Shown one piece after another: positions 37,320-49,279 of a stretch of 64,000 nucleotides of DNA. The notes beneath the pieces were generated by a model that searched no databases, was not told where the DNA came from, and saw only the letters and a program-made list of their open reading frames with translations. The stretch spans positions 27,406,001-27,470,000 of the forward strand of contig CM052818.1 in the NCBI GenBank assembly GCA_028534125.1, given 5' to 3'. The first letter of the stretch is position 1; every line of letters begins with the position of its first letter. The stretch comes from Lama glama. Its lineage: Eukaryota. A program made the translations under genes and the position numbers.

Positions 37320-37730
37320 GTAGCACTTACCAATATCTAGTTTCCTTCTTTCATTCTGGACACACAACTAGACAACACTCACCACCTTTCTTTCAGTTAG
37401 ATGGGGCCACGGAATGTGGATGGAAGTGAAGGGGAACTTGCCTAGGCTGGCCTCTAATCCTGCGTATTTTCCCTTCTCTCAGCTGGCTGGCTGCAGAGCA
37501 CACCACAGAGGACTCTGACATCCCAGAAGGATTTGGAACCACTAAATGGATAGATCCTGGGTCCCCGAATCACTGTGTGAAGCAGACTTCCTACGTACAG
37601 ACATATTCACGTACATCTACCTCACAGAATTTCAGGGGACTAGGATTTGGGTGAGAAATGAATCTTTACTGTGATAAGTCACTGAGATTGGGGGCTTATT
37701 TGTTACAGCAGTTAGCCTATCATAACATAC
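37320..37730 (+). mobile_element. MaLR LTR (MLT1I/J-like)
   Basis: CAGTTAGATGGGGCCA...CCTGGGTCCCCGAATCACTGTGTG...AAGTCACTGAGATTGGGGGCTTATTTGTTACAGCAG. Confidence 0.7.
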
Positions 37731-39129
37731 TATTTTAGCTTAAACAGAAACAACATGAACCATTTATTCTAATCTTAGCTACTATTACAGGTTCTCAGAC
37801 AAGATGCAATTTTGACATGTACTTATAACTGACTTGCTTTTGTTCGTAGACTATGTAATGAATGTATAATGATTAGGTTACCAATCCTGGCATTTAAAAT
37901 ACTTTCACTACTGTAGTGTTCCAAGAAGACGTTAGAATTTTGTTAGTACTGATTAGTGGTAGTAAAATAAGTAATATCAAAACTTTCCACTTACACAAAT
38001 GAGAGGGTGGCCATCTATATAATGTTACCCAGTGAGTTTGACTGCCTGAGCTTCCAGTCTCAGACCATCTCTGCCCATGACTTTAGTGTGGGTTACCAAG
38101 GCCCTATGCAACTCAAAAAAGAATGATGCTCTTTAAACCTTCCTTTTCCTCCTTTTTTCCAAGTCCTTCAGAACTTATTACTTCCTCTCCAAGCTTCTTT
38201 TGCAGTGCTGCCCACGTGTGCTCCTCTTTGAAGCCTTCCCCACGAGGATCACCGTAATTGCATCAACATCCACAGGTTTATTATGGACATTAGATCAGCA
38301 CCTCCTTCTAGTTCTCATTTAAACTTAAAGAATATTTTAATATTTTGATACTGGATTCTAAGGTCATCATCATATCCATAGTCTCTATCATTAATTATCT
38401 TTGATAGCTTAATGTATCTTGATCACCTCGTTGCCTACATTGGTTGTTCTTCATTAGCCTTCTCAAGCTCAAACTAAAGGTCAGGCAACAAAATTAAGGT
38501 CATTGACCAAATGCTAGTTCCCAGTAGGCTATGACTGTGTAAGTGATTACTGGTCTGAGATGAGTAAGAAAACTGGAAGATGAAGCTCATAAGGCATAAA
38601 ACTATTCAGGAAGAAAATATAAGAGATTCCAAGAGTGTCTTCATCATCAACTGACTATTGCCAAAACCCACATTATGTTTCCTATTAGCTTTGCCAAGGA
38701 GAAGAGGTAACCATCAATGCCAATCACAGGTGTCTGAAGAAGAGGATTATCCACTTTTTCCCCCTCAGTCAATTATTGATTAAATCAGGAACGTCCGCAG
38801 TCATGATGAGGTACTGTGCCATAAGCACTCTGATGGAGAGAAGATGATACCAGGAATCAGACTGACCCAGGATCAAATTCAAACTGTGTTCATCACTGCC
38901 TGTGTGACTTTGAATACGTTGTTTAATGAGTTTCCTTTTTCTCATCAGTCCCTTAGGAAACTAGCACCTACAGGCTTTGGAGCACATACTTAGTAAATCT
39001 TCTAGTATTTTTAATGATGGGATTTCTTTTCTTAACCATATATTCTTAATTCATATATTCACTAAGGGTTTGCTACTTGAAAAGTTGGTGAGATCAGTTC
39101 TAGTCTGTGGTTCTAGAACATAATAGTAC

Positions 39130-39720
39130 TTCCAGCCTGTGTGAGGTTCAAACCCAAGAACTTCATCTCATAGTGACTGTACCCCCTAGCAGTCTGTAAT
39201 TCCCTGAGCATGTCACTTTTCATGTCTGTCTTCCCACTTAGGGTCCATGATTTCCTAATAGGCAGAACAGGGACTTTTAAAGTCAGGAAGCTGGAGCCCA
39301 CATCCCTAATCCCTACTTTGATTACAGAAATAAATGTCACTTTTTTGTGTGCTCAAGGGGTCTGCAGTCTTGGATGGGCAACTGGTAAGTCAACTATTTC
39401 AACATAGTGTAATAGAAGTTTACAAAATTCAGTCTACAAGAGGAAATTGGAGGTTTCACAGAACTTTTTCATGAATGAGAAGATAGTTAGGTTGGAGCTT
39501 GAAAGAAAAATAGACACCAGGTTTAGGGATTGTGAGAGGGAGGAAAGAGATTCCAAACAAAGAAAACAGTGAAATTCCTAGAACAGGGCCTGGTGTAGAG
39601 TAGATGTTTAATAAATGTTGTTGAAAGAAGGAAGAGAACTTATGGTTTTGCAATTTAAAAAAATGAAGTTTGAGGCAACTTGATACCCAATGACATATAT
39701 GAAGAGACAAGTCCAGTAAG
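39130..39720. mobile_element. L2 fragments (mixed orientation)
   Basis: CTAGAACAGGGCCTGGTGTAGAGTAGATGTTTAATAAATGTTGTTGAA and TCTGTCTTCCCACTTAGGGTCCATGATTTCC. Confidence 0.55.
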
Positions 39721-39764
39721 TCTGAGTGGATGATGAAGGCCCAGAATCAACAGCAAAGAGTTTA

Positions 39765-39903
39765 ATTTAATTTAATTTGGGGGGGGGGTCATTAGGTCTA
39801 TTTATTTATTATGATTAGTTGTTGTTGTTGTTGTTTTTAATGGAGGTACTGGGGAGTGAACCCAGGGCCTCAAGCCCTACCGTTAGAGCTATATCCTCCC
39901 CTG
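39765..39903 (-). mobile_element. Camelid tRNA-derived SINE (Vic-1 type), internally deleted
   Basis: TGGAGGTACTGGGGAGTGAACCCAGG...GAGCTATATCCTCCCC. Perfect 13-nt TSD AGCAAAGAGTTTA at 39752-39764 and 39904-39916. Confidence 0.88.
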
Positions 39904-41388
39904 AGCAAAGAGTTTAGACGTCATCATATAGGGGAGTGTATGGAAACTTCAGAGGCATGTGACCTCATCAAATTTCTATTTTATAAAAATACTATTTATT
40001 ACTGATTTAAGACACACTTTTAAAGTATGTGAACAACTCTGAAAGTGAGATGCATCCCCCAATTGATGGCATGTCATAGTTTTAACTGGCAGTTGTTTAC
40101 TTTCGTTCTCAGTGGTATATAAAATCATGTGGTTGCTTAAGTGATGGGACCTTGTATTTAATGAAACGTTGAAATTACAGCAGCCAAATAAGAGAGGGAC
40201 AATGAGTGGAAGCCAGAAAACTATTTGGGAGATGTACCAAAGAGCGTAGCTGAGAGATAATGAGCTGTGACCCGAAACCGAACATGCCACAATAGATTTT
40301 GACATTCCAAAATAAATTAGGAGTTCCTGAGTTTCACGGGTTACACTTAAATTTTGGTTTTCCATTTTGTTCTTGGCTGCATAGTTAGAATCTGAAAAAA
40401 AGAAACTTCTAGCCTTTCATTAAAACCATACTTTCTCAGATGAATATCAAGTATAAATAGGATTACATAGCATCTATTAGGCATCAATATTAAGTGAGGA
40501 CAATACAAGACCATTGAGACTGGAGGCCCCTTTAGTTCTGAGATTTCTTTATAGAAGTAAAGAAAAACTATAGTATTGAAAGAGGCTTCAGAGATCCTCT
40601 GGTTCAACCGCTTCATTTTATAAATGAGGAAAACGAGGCTGGGGGAGCTGATAACCTAAAGTCTGAAGACTCTTCGCCATCTCCTACATGGTGGGAATAG
40701 CATGGAACCCTCTGCCATGCTCCTCTGTATCAGCACGTCACTCGTTTACTTCTGACCTGGCTCTGACTCCAGATCTACTACGGAGCAGACTGTGAAAGGA
40801 TTTTTGCCCCCGGTGGTCACACCTTGGAGCTAATAAATCTGTTTTCAGTTCCCTTCTCTTTTTCCCATCACATTCTACAGTTGCAATCTTATTCCTTTTG
40901 CCTAAACACCTGGCTGTCTGTGTTCTGACTCTAGTGATTAGTGATGATGTCTGGGGTTGGGCTCTGTTGCCTGGGCACTTGGTGCCTGAGTTTCCGATGG
41001 GCACCACCTGTTTTTCTGTGCACAAGCTACCACCTTCCACCCTGAGGCACTTCACCTGGTCTCAAAATACAGTCTCTAGGAAACAGAACTCCCCACATTA
41101 CTGTTTTTTTCCTTCCATCTGACTCTCGGTTGTTTGCTAGGTGGACCTGTTGATTATTTGTTTGCTCCTTTCTCCAAGACCCAAATTCTTGAAAACTTTA
41201 TTTAATGTAAAAACCACTTTCTTATCCCTAAGAAACAGCACACCCCAGCAGGATGTGTGGGGCGGCATCCCCCCTTCTTATTGGCTGGGCCAATTTTCCT
41301 GTTCACTGGGGTCCCTTCTAATTGGCCTCACTGGTCAGGCATTTGTTCTGATTAATCAGTCAGTGTCTATGTAGCTTAGTTCCTAAAT

Positions 41389-41431
41389 TTGTTTTTAATT
41401 GAGTTATAGTCAGTTTACAATGTTGTGTCAA
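41389..41431 (-). mobile_element. Very short L1 3' terminal fragment
   Basis: AATTGAGTTATAGTCAGTTTACAATGTTGTGTCA matches the L1 terminus. TCCTAAAT direct repeats at 41381-41388 and 41432-41439. Confidence 0.7.
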
Positions 41432-42219
41432 TCCTAAATATTTTTAACATCCCCTCTGTTTGCCAGCTAGGTTCCATTAATTGAGCACATGGAACAAAGT
41501 AGATGCTAAAAGCTTTTGATATCTTAACTCTTTAAATCCTCATAGCAATTTCATTATAAGGTACAATCAAACATACTTTTACAGAAAAGGAACTGAAGCT
41601 GAGAGAAATGACCTAAATATCCCAAGGACATAGGCCATGTGCCTGAGTCAGGATTTAGATCCAGCACCAACTCATCATACATTGAGTTGGGGCTACTCGT
41701 CTCATTCTAGGATCAGGATAGCTTGACTAGGCTATTGGGTGTTTCGTGTTCTTACTTGTAGATTAGGGCAGTGGCATTTACCTGTTCAGAGCCATGAGTT
41801 TACCCAAGCCTTACTGACTAACCGAGCTGCCAGGTCTTTCCCACCACCTCTGCATCCAACTCACCCTTGTCCAGCTCCTCAACCATCTAAATCCCTCTTA
41901 GGTGATGCCTAAATTGTGCCTGTCACTGTCAGTCTAAAGCAAGGATTTGAACGGCTTTCTTTATTCTCTTGTTGCCATGTCCTAAAAGCCACCAGAGGAC
42001 TAGGAGAGAGTTTTCTTTGGTTTCTGACTTGTTTCTTACCCTAGAACTCTCTCTCTTCTAAGTTTTAAATTCCTAAACTGAAATTTGAGGAGTCTAAGCA
42101 TATCACCAGGGCAGTTTACCCACAAACAGAGCAATAAAATGTACATTTAAAAAATGCCTTGATATAGAACTGGTGGTTTAAGTTTGAGCAGGTCATGACA
42201 CCATATAGTATTGCACTTA

Positions 42220-42450
42220 ATAATAGCTAATATTTATTGAGCACTTAAAATATTTTCAGCTCTATTCTAAATAGTTTATGTACATCTTCTCATTGAATTC
42301 CGAACAACTCTATGCAGTGGGGACATCATTTTATAGATGAAGAAACCAAGGTACAGAATAGTTAAGTAACATGACTTCGGTCACCCAGATTCTAAATGAA
42401 AGAGTCAGAGTTTGAGGATAGACAATCTGATTCCAGAGCACAGGCTCTTA
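42220..42450 (-). mobile_element. MIR SINE
   Basis: AATAGCTAATATTTATTGAGCACTTA...CATTTTATAGATGAAGAAACCAAGGTACAGAATAGTTAAGTAAC. Confidence 0.8.
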
Positions 42451-42479
42451 TTCAAGCCTAAGGATTATGTTTTGTTTAA

Positions 42480-43905
42480 ACAAATATACACAAATCAGAT
42501 ATACAGATGAGTATTATTTTTCAAAGCACTCACGGTGTCACCCTGGGGAAAATAAACTCCATTTCCAAGAATGTTGCCATTTCTCAAAATATTTTTGACC
42601 TCTGATCCAGTTACAAATCTATAAGGAAATTAGACTCATTAGGCTCATGCATTGGTTTTGATTAAAAACAGCATTATGTTAGTATAAGTAGGGTGCCATA
42701 AATCAATAAAGTTGATGAACGTTGCCTCCCCCAAATGAGAAATATATAAGGACAGGTAACTCCCAAAAGAAGAATTGTAAATGACCAATAAACATACGAA
42801 AGGATGTTCAACCAAACATAGTCAAGGACATGTGAGAAAACAGTTTTCATCTATCAGATTGATAAAGATTTTTAAAGACTGGCAATATCCAGGATTAGCA
42901 AGGATGGGGGCAAGAAATACTTTCATGAATTGTTAGTGATAGTACAAATGAGTACAATTTTTCTGGAAGGCAGTTTAACAGTACACCTCAAAATATTAGC
43001 TTGGCATATCCCTGACCCAGATATCAAAATTTTAAGAGTTTCTCTAAGAAAATAAATCTTACTTTAAGCAAATTTCTTATTCTAGAACTCTTTTTCTAAC
43101 AAGAGAATAAGGTCTATTTTACAAATGTCTAGCAACCAGGATGTCCATCATAGTTTTGTTCATAGTTGAAATCATGAAAATAAACTAAATGTCCATGAAT
43201 GGAATACTGATTAAATAAATAAGTCTATGTAACGGAAAATTACAGTTATTAAAATGATGATGTGGTTCTATATTTATTATATTGGAGACACAGTCACAAC
43301 ATAATGTTGATTTTTTAAAAGCAAGTAATAAAATAACAATTATGATGGAATCTCATTTCATTTTGTTTATATCTGTGTTTCCATATCCATCTCTCAAGAC
43401 ACAAACACACATATAGAGCATATTCTGGAAAAGCTATTTACTAATATATTAAGAGTGATTATCTTTGTGTGTTAGGATGTTATGCAATCCTTTTTATGCC
43501 ATTATTATTTAATGCAATGTATTTTTAAATTGTTAAATTTTAATTTTACAATATTCTCTTTATATAATTAGGAAAAATAAATTTGTTCACGTTTTGAAAA
43601 AATTACTATTTTCTATCTGGAACATTCACAGTCTTTACCAGACATGGTCTTCGATAATTTTGGACTGTATTCAAGATAAGAAGTACACTCATAAATAAAG
43701 TGAGCTTGCCACAACTAAAGACATTTTTTGTTATGTGAAACACAGATCAATCTCAAATGAGAATTTTCAAAATTGTTTCATAATAATGGCGAAATAAGAT
43801 CTCCAAATGGGGATGATAGTTAAGTGCTCAACATTTATTTCAAGATATAATTCTGAATTGTTTTTTAACAAAATCATCTCACCACTTTTATTGTTATTAT
43901 TCATA
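42480..43905. mobile_element. MARNA-like mariner relic split by the L1ME insertion (arms ~42480-42750 and ~43600-43905)
   Basis: Left arm TTTTCAAAG...TCACCCTGGGGA...TTCCAAGAATGTTGCCATTTCTCAAAATATTTTTG. Right arm TTTACCAGACATGGTCTTCGATAATTTTGGACTGT...CAAAATCATCTCACCACTTTAT. Both resemble MARNA as I recall it. Confidence 0.6.
42750..43590 (+). mobile_element. Ancient L1 (L1ME-like) 3' region
   Basis: AAATGACCAATAAACATACGAAAGGATGTTCAACC, TTTCTGGAAGGCAGTTTAACA, AAACTAAATGTCCA...GATTAAATAAAT motifs. Confidence 0.75.
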
Positions 43906-44369
43906 TACTCTATTTGCATCACTTTTCATTAAAAAAATTTGAGAAAGCTGAGCCCTAAAGGAATTGTCTCATCTGATGGATGAACAAGCTGTAATTTCTT
44001 TAGCTTTGGCATGCATCGGTAAATGAATGCATATTTTTACTTGCTTGACCAAGCTCAGGAATCTGCAAGTCTGCTAACATTGCATTATGTGGATGGTGCC
44101 CTGAATAATACCATGTGCCCTGTTGCAAAAGCTGAAGATGCGCTTGTGGAATTTATTTTATTCCGATTTATGAGGACTGCTGCACACAAATAGATTATTG
44201 TAGTGTCTGTGATTAATGGGACACCACACGGCTGCATGGACTTCATAAATCATTTGCTGCGATGTCTGAGTGAATTTTACTTGCAAAATCAGTTTCAATC
44301 AGCTTGGCTCCAAAACTGGGTAAAGCAGAAGGATGTGTCCAGTTGTGGGAGGTAGTGAGATTGTGTAGC

Positions 44370-44515
44370 AGTCAGCGCTCGGTCCAGTTTTATGTCTCTT
44401 CTTATCAGTGATGTGGAAGAGTGAACAAGCAGCACGTTAATTAAATCTGCAGATGGAATTGGAAATGTCACAAATGCTGAGGAGGCTAGGGAAATGATAC
44501 AAATTGGTCTAAAGT
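44370..44515 (+). mobile_element. Ancient CR1/L3 LINE RT fragment
   Basis: With one frameshift reads SALGPVLCLF/ISDVEE*TSSTLIKSADGIGNVTNAEEAREMIQIGL, similar to CR1 SVLGPVLFNIFINDL...STLIKFADD.KLGG.AN..EDR..IQ.DL. Confidence 0.65.
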
Positions 44516-44967
44516 GATAAGTGGGAGTTGGAATAAAGGCCAAAACTACAATAAACCTGAGCATGTGTGCACGCACGTACACACACACACTCTTTAATCA
44601 CATCAATATGTGATTAAAGGAATCAGTTAATTTTATAACTCTCCTAAGATTCTGAACATCGTAAGAAAAGAGTTTGGGAATAATGAATATCAAAAAAGAA
44701 TGGACTGCAAGGTTTTATTCTAAGATCAATATTTAGCATTTGTTTTGCTTTTAAAATAATGATTTTATTGCTTTTTGGATACATGGAAATACATTTCATC
44801 ATAAAAGAATCAAGCTACAGCTCAGCAACAATAAGAATATATTCTCTATAGTCCCATCATTCAGGGGGATATATAATCATATATACCTATATAGGTATAA
44901 TAAATGAGAAGATTAGATCATAGCGTGTATTCAGTTTGGTATCCAACTTTACTCATGTAAGAATACA

Positions 44968-45110
44968 TTTTTTTTTGCTTGTCCATTCACCTCTTTATGT
45001 ACTTTTCAAAAAAACGGAAGTATATTCAGTTTACAATGTTGTGTCAATTTCTGGTGTAGAGCATGAAGTTTCAGTCATACATATACATACATATGTTTGT
45101 TTTCATATTC
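44968..45110 (-). mobile_element. Short L1 3' end insertion with an extra 3' segment
   Basis: 45017-45110 matches the reverse complement of the L1 3' end at 52440-52540. TSD-like AGAATAC(A)T9 at 44960-44976 and 45111-45126. Confidence 0.8.
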
Positions 45111-46109
45111 AGAATACTTTTTTTTTAAGGCCAGGTTCCTGAGAACCTTGCTTTGTACCCACTTTTCTCTTGTTCATTGAATTTGTTACCTTCAATCTTA
45201 GTTAATGAGAAGCTCTAAGAAAATGACAAAGGGCTAATATTTGTAAAGACTAAAGCTGGAGAGGAAGAAAGACGGAAAGGAATTTCCTTTGAATACTCTG
45301 CCTGCCCCTTAGCAATGCCTGACACCACCAGCTCTCAGTCCATTTCTTTCCGTCCTCATGGGTCAGCCTTTCACCAAGGGAACAGTCACAGAATTGCCCC
45401 ATCTCTCCTGATCTTGCGGAGGGGCTGGCCCTCTGATCCTGAGAATTATTGGCATTTCAGCAGAATCACTATTACAAACTGAGGAACACTCCTATTTCCA
45501 CAAACAATTTAAAAGGAGCAGAAAATTCTCTACAGTAAAGATTATTAGGCAGGTGGTAACCTAAGACAAATGTGCTCCATGGCGGAGGTGGGGGGGGGTT
45601 AGTTCGGGGAGGGACGGAAGGAGGGGAGGAAGAGGAAGAGGGAGGAGGGAGCATGGGAGGAAAGAAGAACACAGAAAGGAAGAAAAATCTGCTTCCCCCC
45701 ACCTCCCCGAAATACAACCCTGAGTTTGCGTGAATATGTATATAAGATGGCATTTCTTCCCTAAGGAAAACTGAATAAATGAAATAAAAGGCTAATTCAA
45801 ACAAACATAAGCAGAATCTGCATCTTATTAAGAATCAAACCTGAAAAGTGTTGGGGGGAGGATTATATAATCAAGGGAGAGCAAATCATCCTTGGAGTTA
45901 ATTCAGAAGCCTTGACTTTGGCATAAAGTAGTCTTAAGAGGAAGTCAACTTCCCCCCTCCCAGCACGGGGTTCTTGGCAAGAAGGGTTGCCCTTGGGCTA
46001 ATGTGTCCTCACAGGGGTCAGATAAAAGGGAAAGAACTGGGGGTGGGAGTCTAGTTCTGCAATGAAGTGTTTGCCCTGGACCATCTCTAACATCCTCCTC
46101 AGTAGACCT

Positions 46110-46278
46110 ACAGCACTCAGTCTTGGTTGCACTTTAGAACTACTTGGAAACTTTCAAAACCCGCAGTGCAGAGGTCTCCCTCTGGATCATTTACATGAGC
46201 ATGTGTGGAGCGGGACAGGGGTCAGCATTTTTATGCTCCTTGGGTAATTCCAATGTGTCACCAAGGTTGGAAGTCTCT
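46110..46278. mobile_element. MER5-family element (decayed)
   Basis: CTTGGTTGCACTTTAGAACTACTTGGAAACTTT...GCTCCTTGGGTAATTCCAATGTG...CCAAGGTTG. Confidence 0.6.
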
Positions 46279-46321
46279 AAACAGTACTAGATAATTTTTG
46301 AGTCTTAAAAAAAAATAAAAA

Positions 46322-46540
46322 AATAATAGCTAACTTTTATTAGATGCTCATCATGGGTCAGCAGCAGCAGTATATATTTTGCCTCATATAATCCTCACAA
46401 GGACCTCGGGAGTTAGAACTTACCATTTCTCCAAAACTACAGATGCAGAAATTGAGGCTTAGAGTGGTTAAGTAATTTGCCTGAAGTCACCCAGCTAGGA
46501 GGTAGGCAATTTGATCCCAGAACCCAGGCTCCTGCCTCTT
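46322..46540 (-). mobile_element. MIR SINE
   Basis: AATCCTCACAAG...ACAGATGCAGAAATTGAGGCTTAGAGTGGTTAAGTAATTTGCCTGAAGTCACCCAGCTAG. Confidence 0.8.
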
Positions 46541-46809
46541 CAGTCATACTGAAATACAGAAGTCTGAACACCCTCTTGAAGTGGAGTTAGGCTTTGGAAG
46601 TTTTGTAGAATTCCCATTTTTTTCCCCACAAAATAAAACTGGTTGAGAACACTTCGTTCTGGCTCTGTTTCCTGTTTTCACACAGAGTAGGTGCCCTAGG
46701 GCTGGCTTCTAAAGCGTCTGTGTAAGTCCTGCCATAGATACTGTTAACCAAGGATGCGCATACTGCTTCCTACGTGACAGCCACTATCCTAAGTGTTTTC
46801 ACGTGTGTG

Positions 46810-47272
46810 TTTTTGGATATTTTTCAAAACTGACCACACCATGTTGAAGCTCCTCTCATCAAGTATTCTATTTCTTTACATCTTGATCTGGACTTGGCCA
46901 TATGAGTTGCTTTGGCCAAAGAGACGCCAGCAAATGTAATGCAAGAAAAAAGCTTGGAAAGTGCTTCGGTACTTGTTGTGATCTCTCGTTTCCAGCCCTA
47001 GAACCCAGCTGCCACCTGAAGAAGTCCAGGCCAGTCTGCTAATTGCTGGAGATACACAAGTGAGTTACCCAAGCCAGGAATAAGACATGCAAGTGAGGTC
47101 AGGCAGCCCCAGCTGACTGCCAGCGCATGAATGAGCCCAGGGAAGGCCAGCAGAGGGACTACTTGTGTGAACTCAGTGCAAACTGTCAACCCAAAGAATC
47201 ATGAGCTAATAATTGTGTTATAAAGTATTAAGTTTGGGGGCAATTTTTATGCATCAAAAACTAACTGATATA
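46810..47272 (+). mobile_element. MaLR LTR (MLT1F/G-like)
   Basis: TGAGTTGCTTTGGCCAA...CAGCTGACTGCCAGCGCATGAATGAGCCCAG...AGAATCATGAGCTAATAA...AAGTTTGGGG...TAACTGATA. Confidence 0.7.
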
Positions 47273-47279
47273 CCTATTT

Positions 47280-47470
47280 TAACTCCTTCATTTCTCATAG
47301 ACTGTGAGGTAGATTTTGCCTTTATCTCCATTTCGTAGATGACGAAACTGAGGTCCAAGCAAGTTAAGTAATTTGTCCAAAGTCACTCAGCTGAGAAGTA
47401 GTTACATTAGCATTTGAACTCAATAGACTGGCTCTGGAATTCATGCTCTTAACCTTCATGCTATCCTGTC
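47280..47470 (-). mobile_element. MIR SINE
   Basis: CTCCATTTCGTAGATGACGAAACTGAGG...GTTAAGTAATTTGTCCAAAGTCACTCAGCT. Confidence 0.8.
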
Positions 47471-47609
47471 TTATAAAAGTATATCATAAGTGTATGTTTC
47501 CCTGTGTTCATTTTCAATGACTTAGAGAAGGAACAGCACCAAAAAGAGAGAATTTACCACAATTTCCATCCTTTACATTATTAGTCTTATGTTTTCCTCT
47601 CTCTCTTTC

Positions 47610-48480
47610 CTTCATCCATTTATTTATTAAGCTACTATTATTTTTCTGTGCCAGCACCTAGGGTATAAATATGAATCAGACACATTCCCTGCCCACAAGG
47701 AGATCACATATTATTGGGAGAGACAACAGTGTCAATAAATAATTATAACACAAGATGAGAAGTGCTATTATCTGGGCTTTTGGAAAGCTCTGTCATGGTG
47801 CAAAGGTGAAACGATGAGCCTTCCCTAAGGGGGGATCAGGGAAATCAAAGCTTGTCATACCATCATCATTACTACTTTTATTGCTTTTTTTCATGTACTC
47901 CTCATGTTTTTACTTTTAAAAAAGGGAATGCTCCCTTATTAACATCTATGTGTTTCCTCTCTTATTCTGTTCTTTCTTCCCGCTTTCCTTCCTTCATTTC
48001 TTCTTTCCATTCTACCTCTTTCAAATATCTATTGAGTACCTTCTTTGTCCTCAAGCACAGTTTCTCAATGGACAGGACAGACAAGCTCTCTGCTTTTATG
48101 TAGCATATACTGAAATGAATGGAGACAGATCAAAAATTAGCAAGACAAAAATCTTATTGATAATAAGCGCTTTATAGAGACTTAAAACGGATGATGTGAT
48201 GGTCATCTCAGATAGACGAAGTGGCTGCTTTAGATGGAATAGTTTAGAGAAGATTTCTTTGAATAGGTGGTCTTTAAGCTGAAATATGAACGACTACAAG
48301 TGAGCCATTCAAGTATGAGACAGAAAAAGTATTTCCATCAGAGGGAAGAGCTAGTGCCAATTCCTAGGCTGAGAACAAGCTTGGAGATATGAGGACATTG
48401 TGAGCGGATGGGTAGAGGAATAGGGGAACATGGGGAGAACTGGATACAGCAAGGAAGGAACAAGAGCAATGGGTTGGAGA
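47610..48480 (-). mobile_element. L2 fragments (two adjacent pieces)
   Basis: TGTGCCAGCAC...AATATGAATCAGACACATTCCCTGCCCACAAGGAG and CAAATATCTATTGAGTACCT...TTTAAGCTGAAATATGAA. Confidence 0.6.
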
Positions 48481-48879
48481 TTTCAATGGATTGCTGGAAT
48501 GGGTGTTCTGGAATAGGTGGCCCCTAAGGATAGAAGGCTGTCAGCAGAGAATAGAATGCTTGAAATTGAGATTTCAGAGGAGCTATTAGCGTTGACAAGG
48601 TTAGGGGTATGAACATGACAGTGAGTGCATGAAATGGGATGAGGAAATAGATCACTGGATGCAAAGAGTTTAGTTATTAAAACTGAATTTGGTTGACTAA
48701 GATTTAATGAGAAAAAAATTTAGAAAAGTCAATCAAAAACTCATTAAGAAGAGTCAATTGAAAACTCCTAAAAGATACTTTAAGTGGCGCAATGAAAGGC
48801 TCTATCACAGCAGGCTGTAGACAAATCCTTATTCAGACCTGTACCTCTTGTCTTTAGGACACTTGTAGTCTCCAACAAG

Positions 48880-49130
48880 AATTGAGGCCCTACTCCAGTA
48901 TGACTGGTATCCTTTTAAAAAGGGAAAAGTTGAACAGAGACAGACACACATAGAAGGCCAACAACGCAAAGAGACACAGGGAGAAGATGACCATCCTATA
49001 AGCCAAGGAATGAAGCCTGGAGCAGAGCATCTATCAAATCCACCAGAGGGAACCAACTCTGCTGACATCTTGATTTCAAACTTCTGGCTTCTAAAACATG
49101 AGACAACACATTTTTGTTGTTTAAGCCACA
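48880..49130 (+). mobile_element. MaLR LTR fragment (MLT1B/C-like)
   Basis: ATGACTGGTATCCTT...AAGCCAAGGAA...GGAACCAACTCTGCTGACATCTTGATTTC...TTGTTTAAGCCAC. Confidence 0.8.
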
Positions 49131-49279
49131 CACACACAAAAAGAATTAGGAATAACGTTTCAGGTTTAATTCCAAATCAAAAATTGAAAAGGATACGAGC
49201 TGGAACCAGTTAAGGTGGGGCTTTTTAAATATTATTTTTCATAAGGCAACAATTTCAAGAAAGAAAGCACAACCTATGG

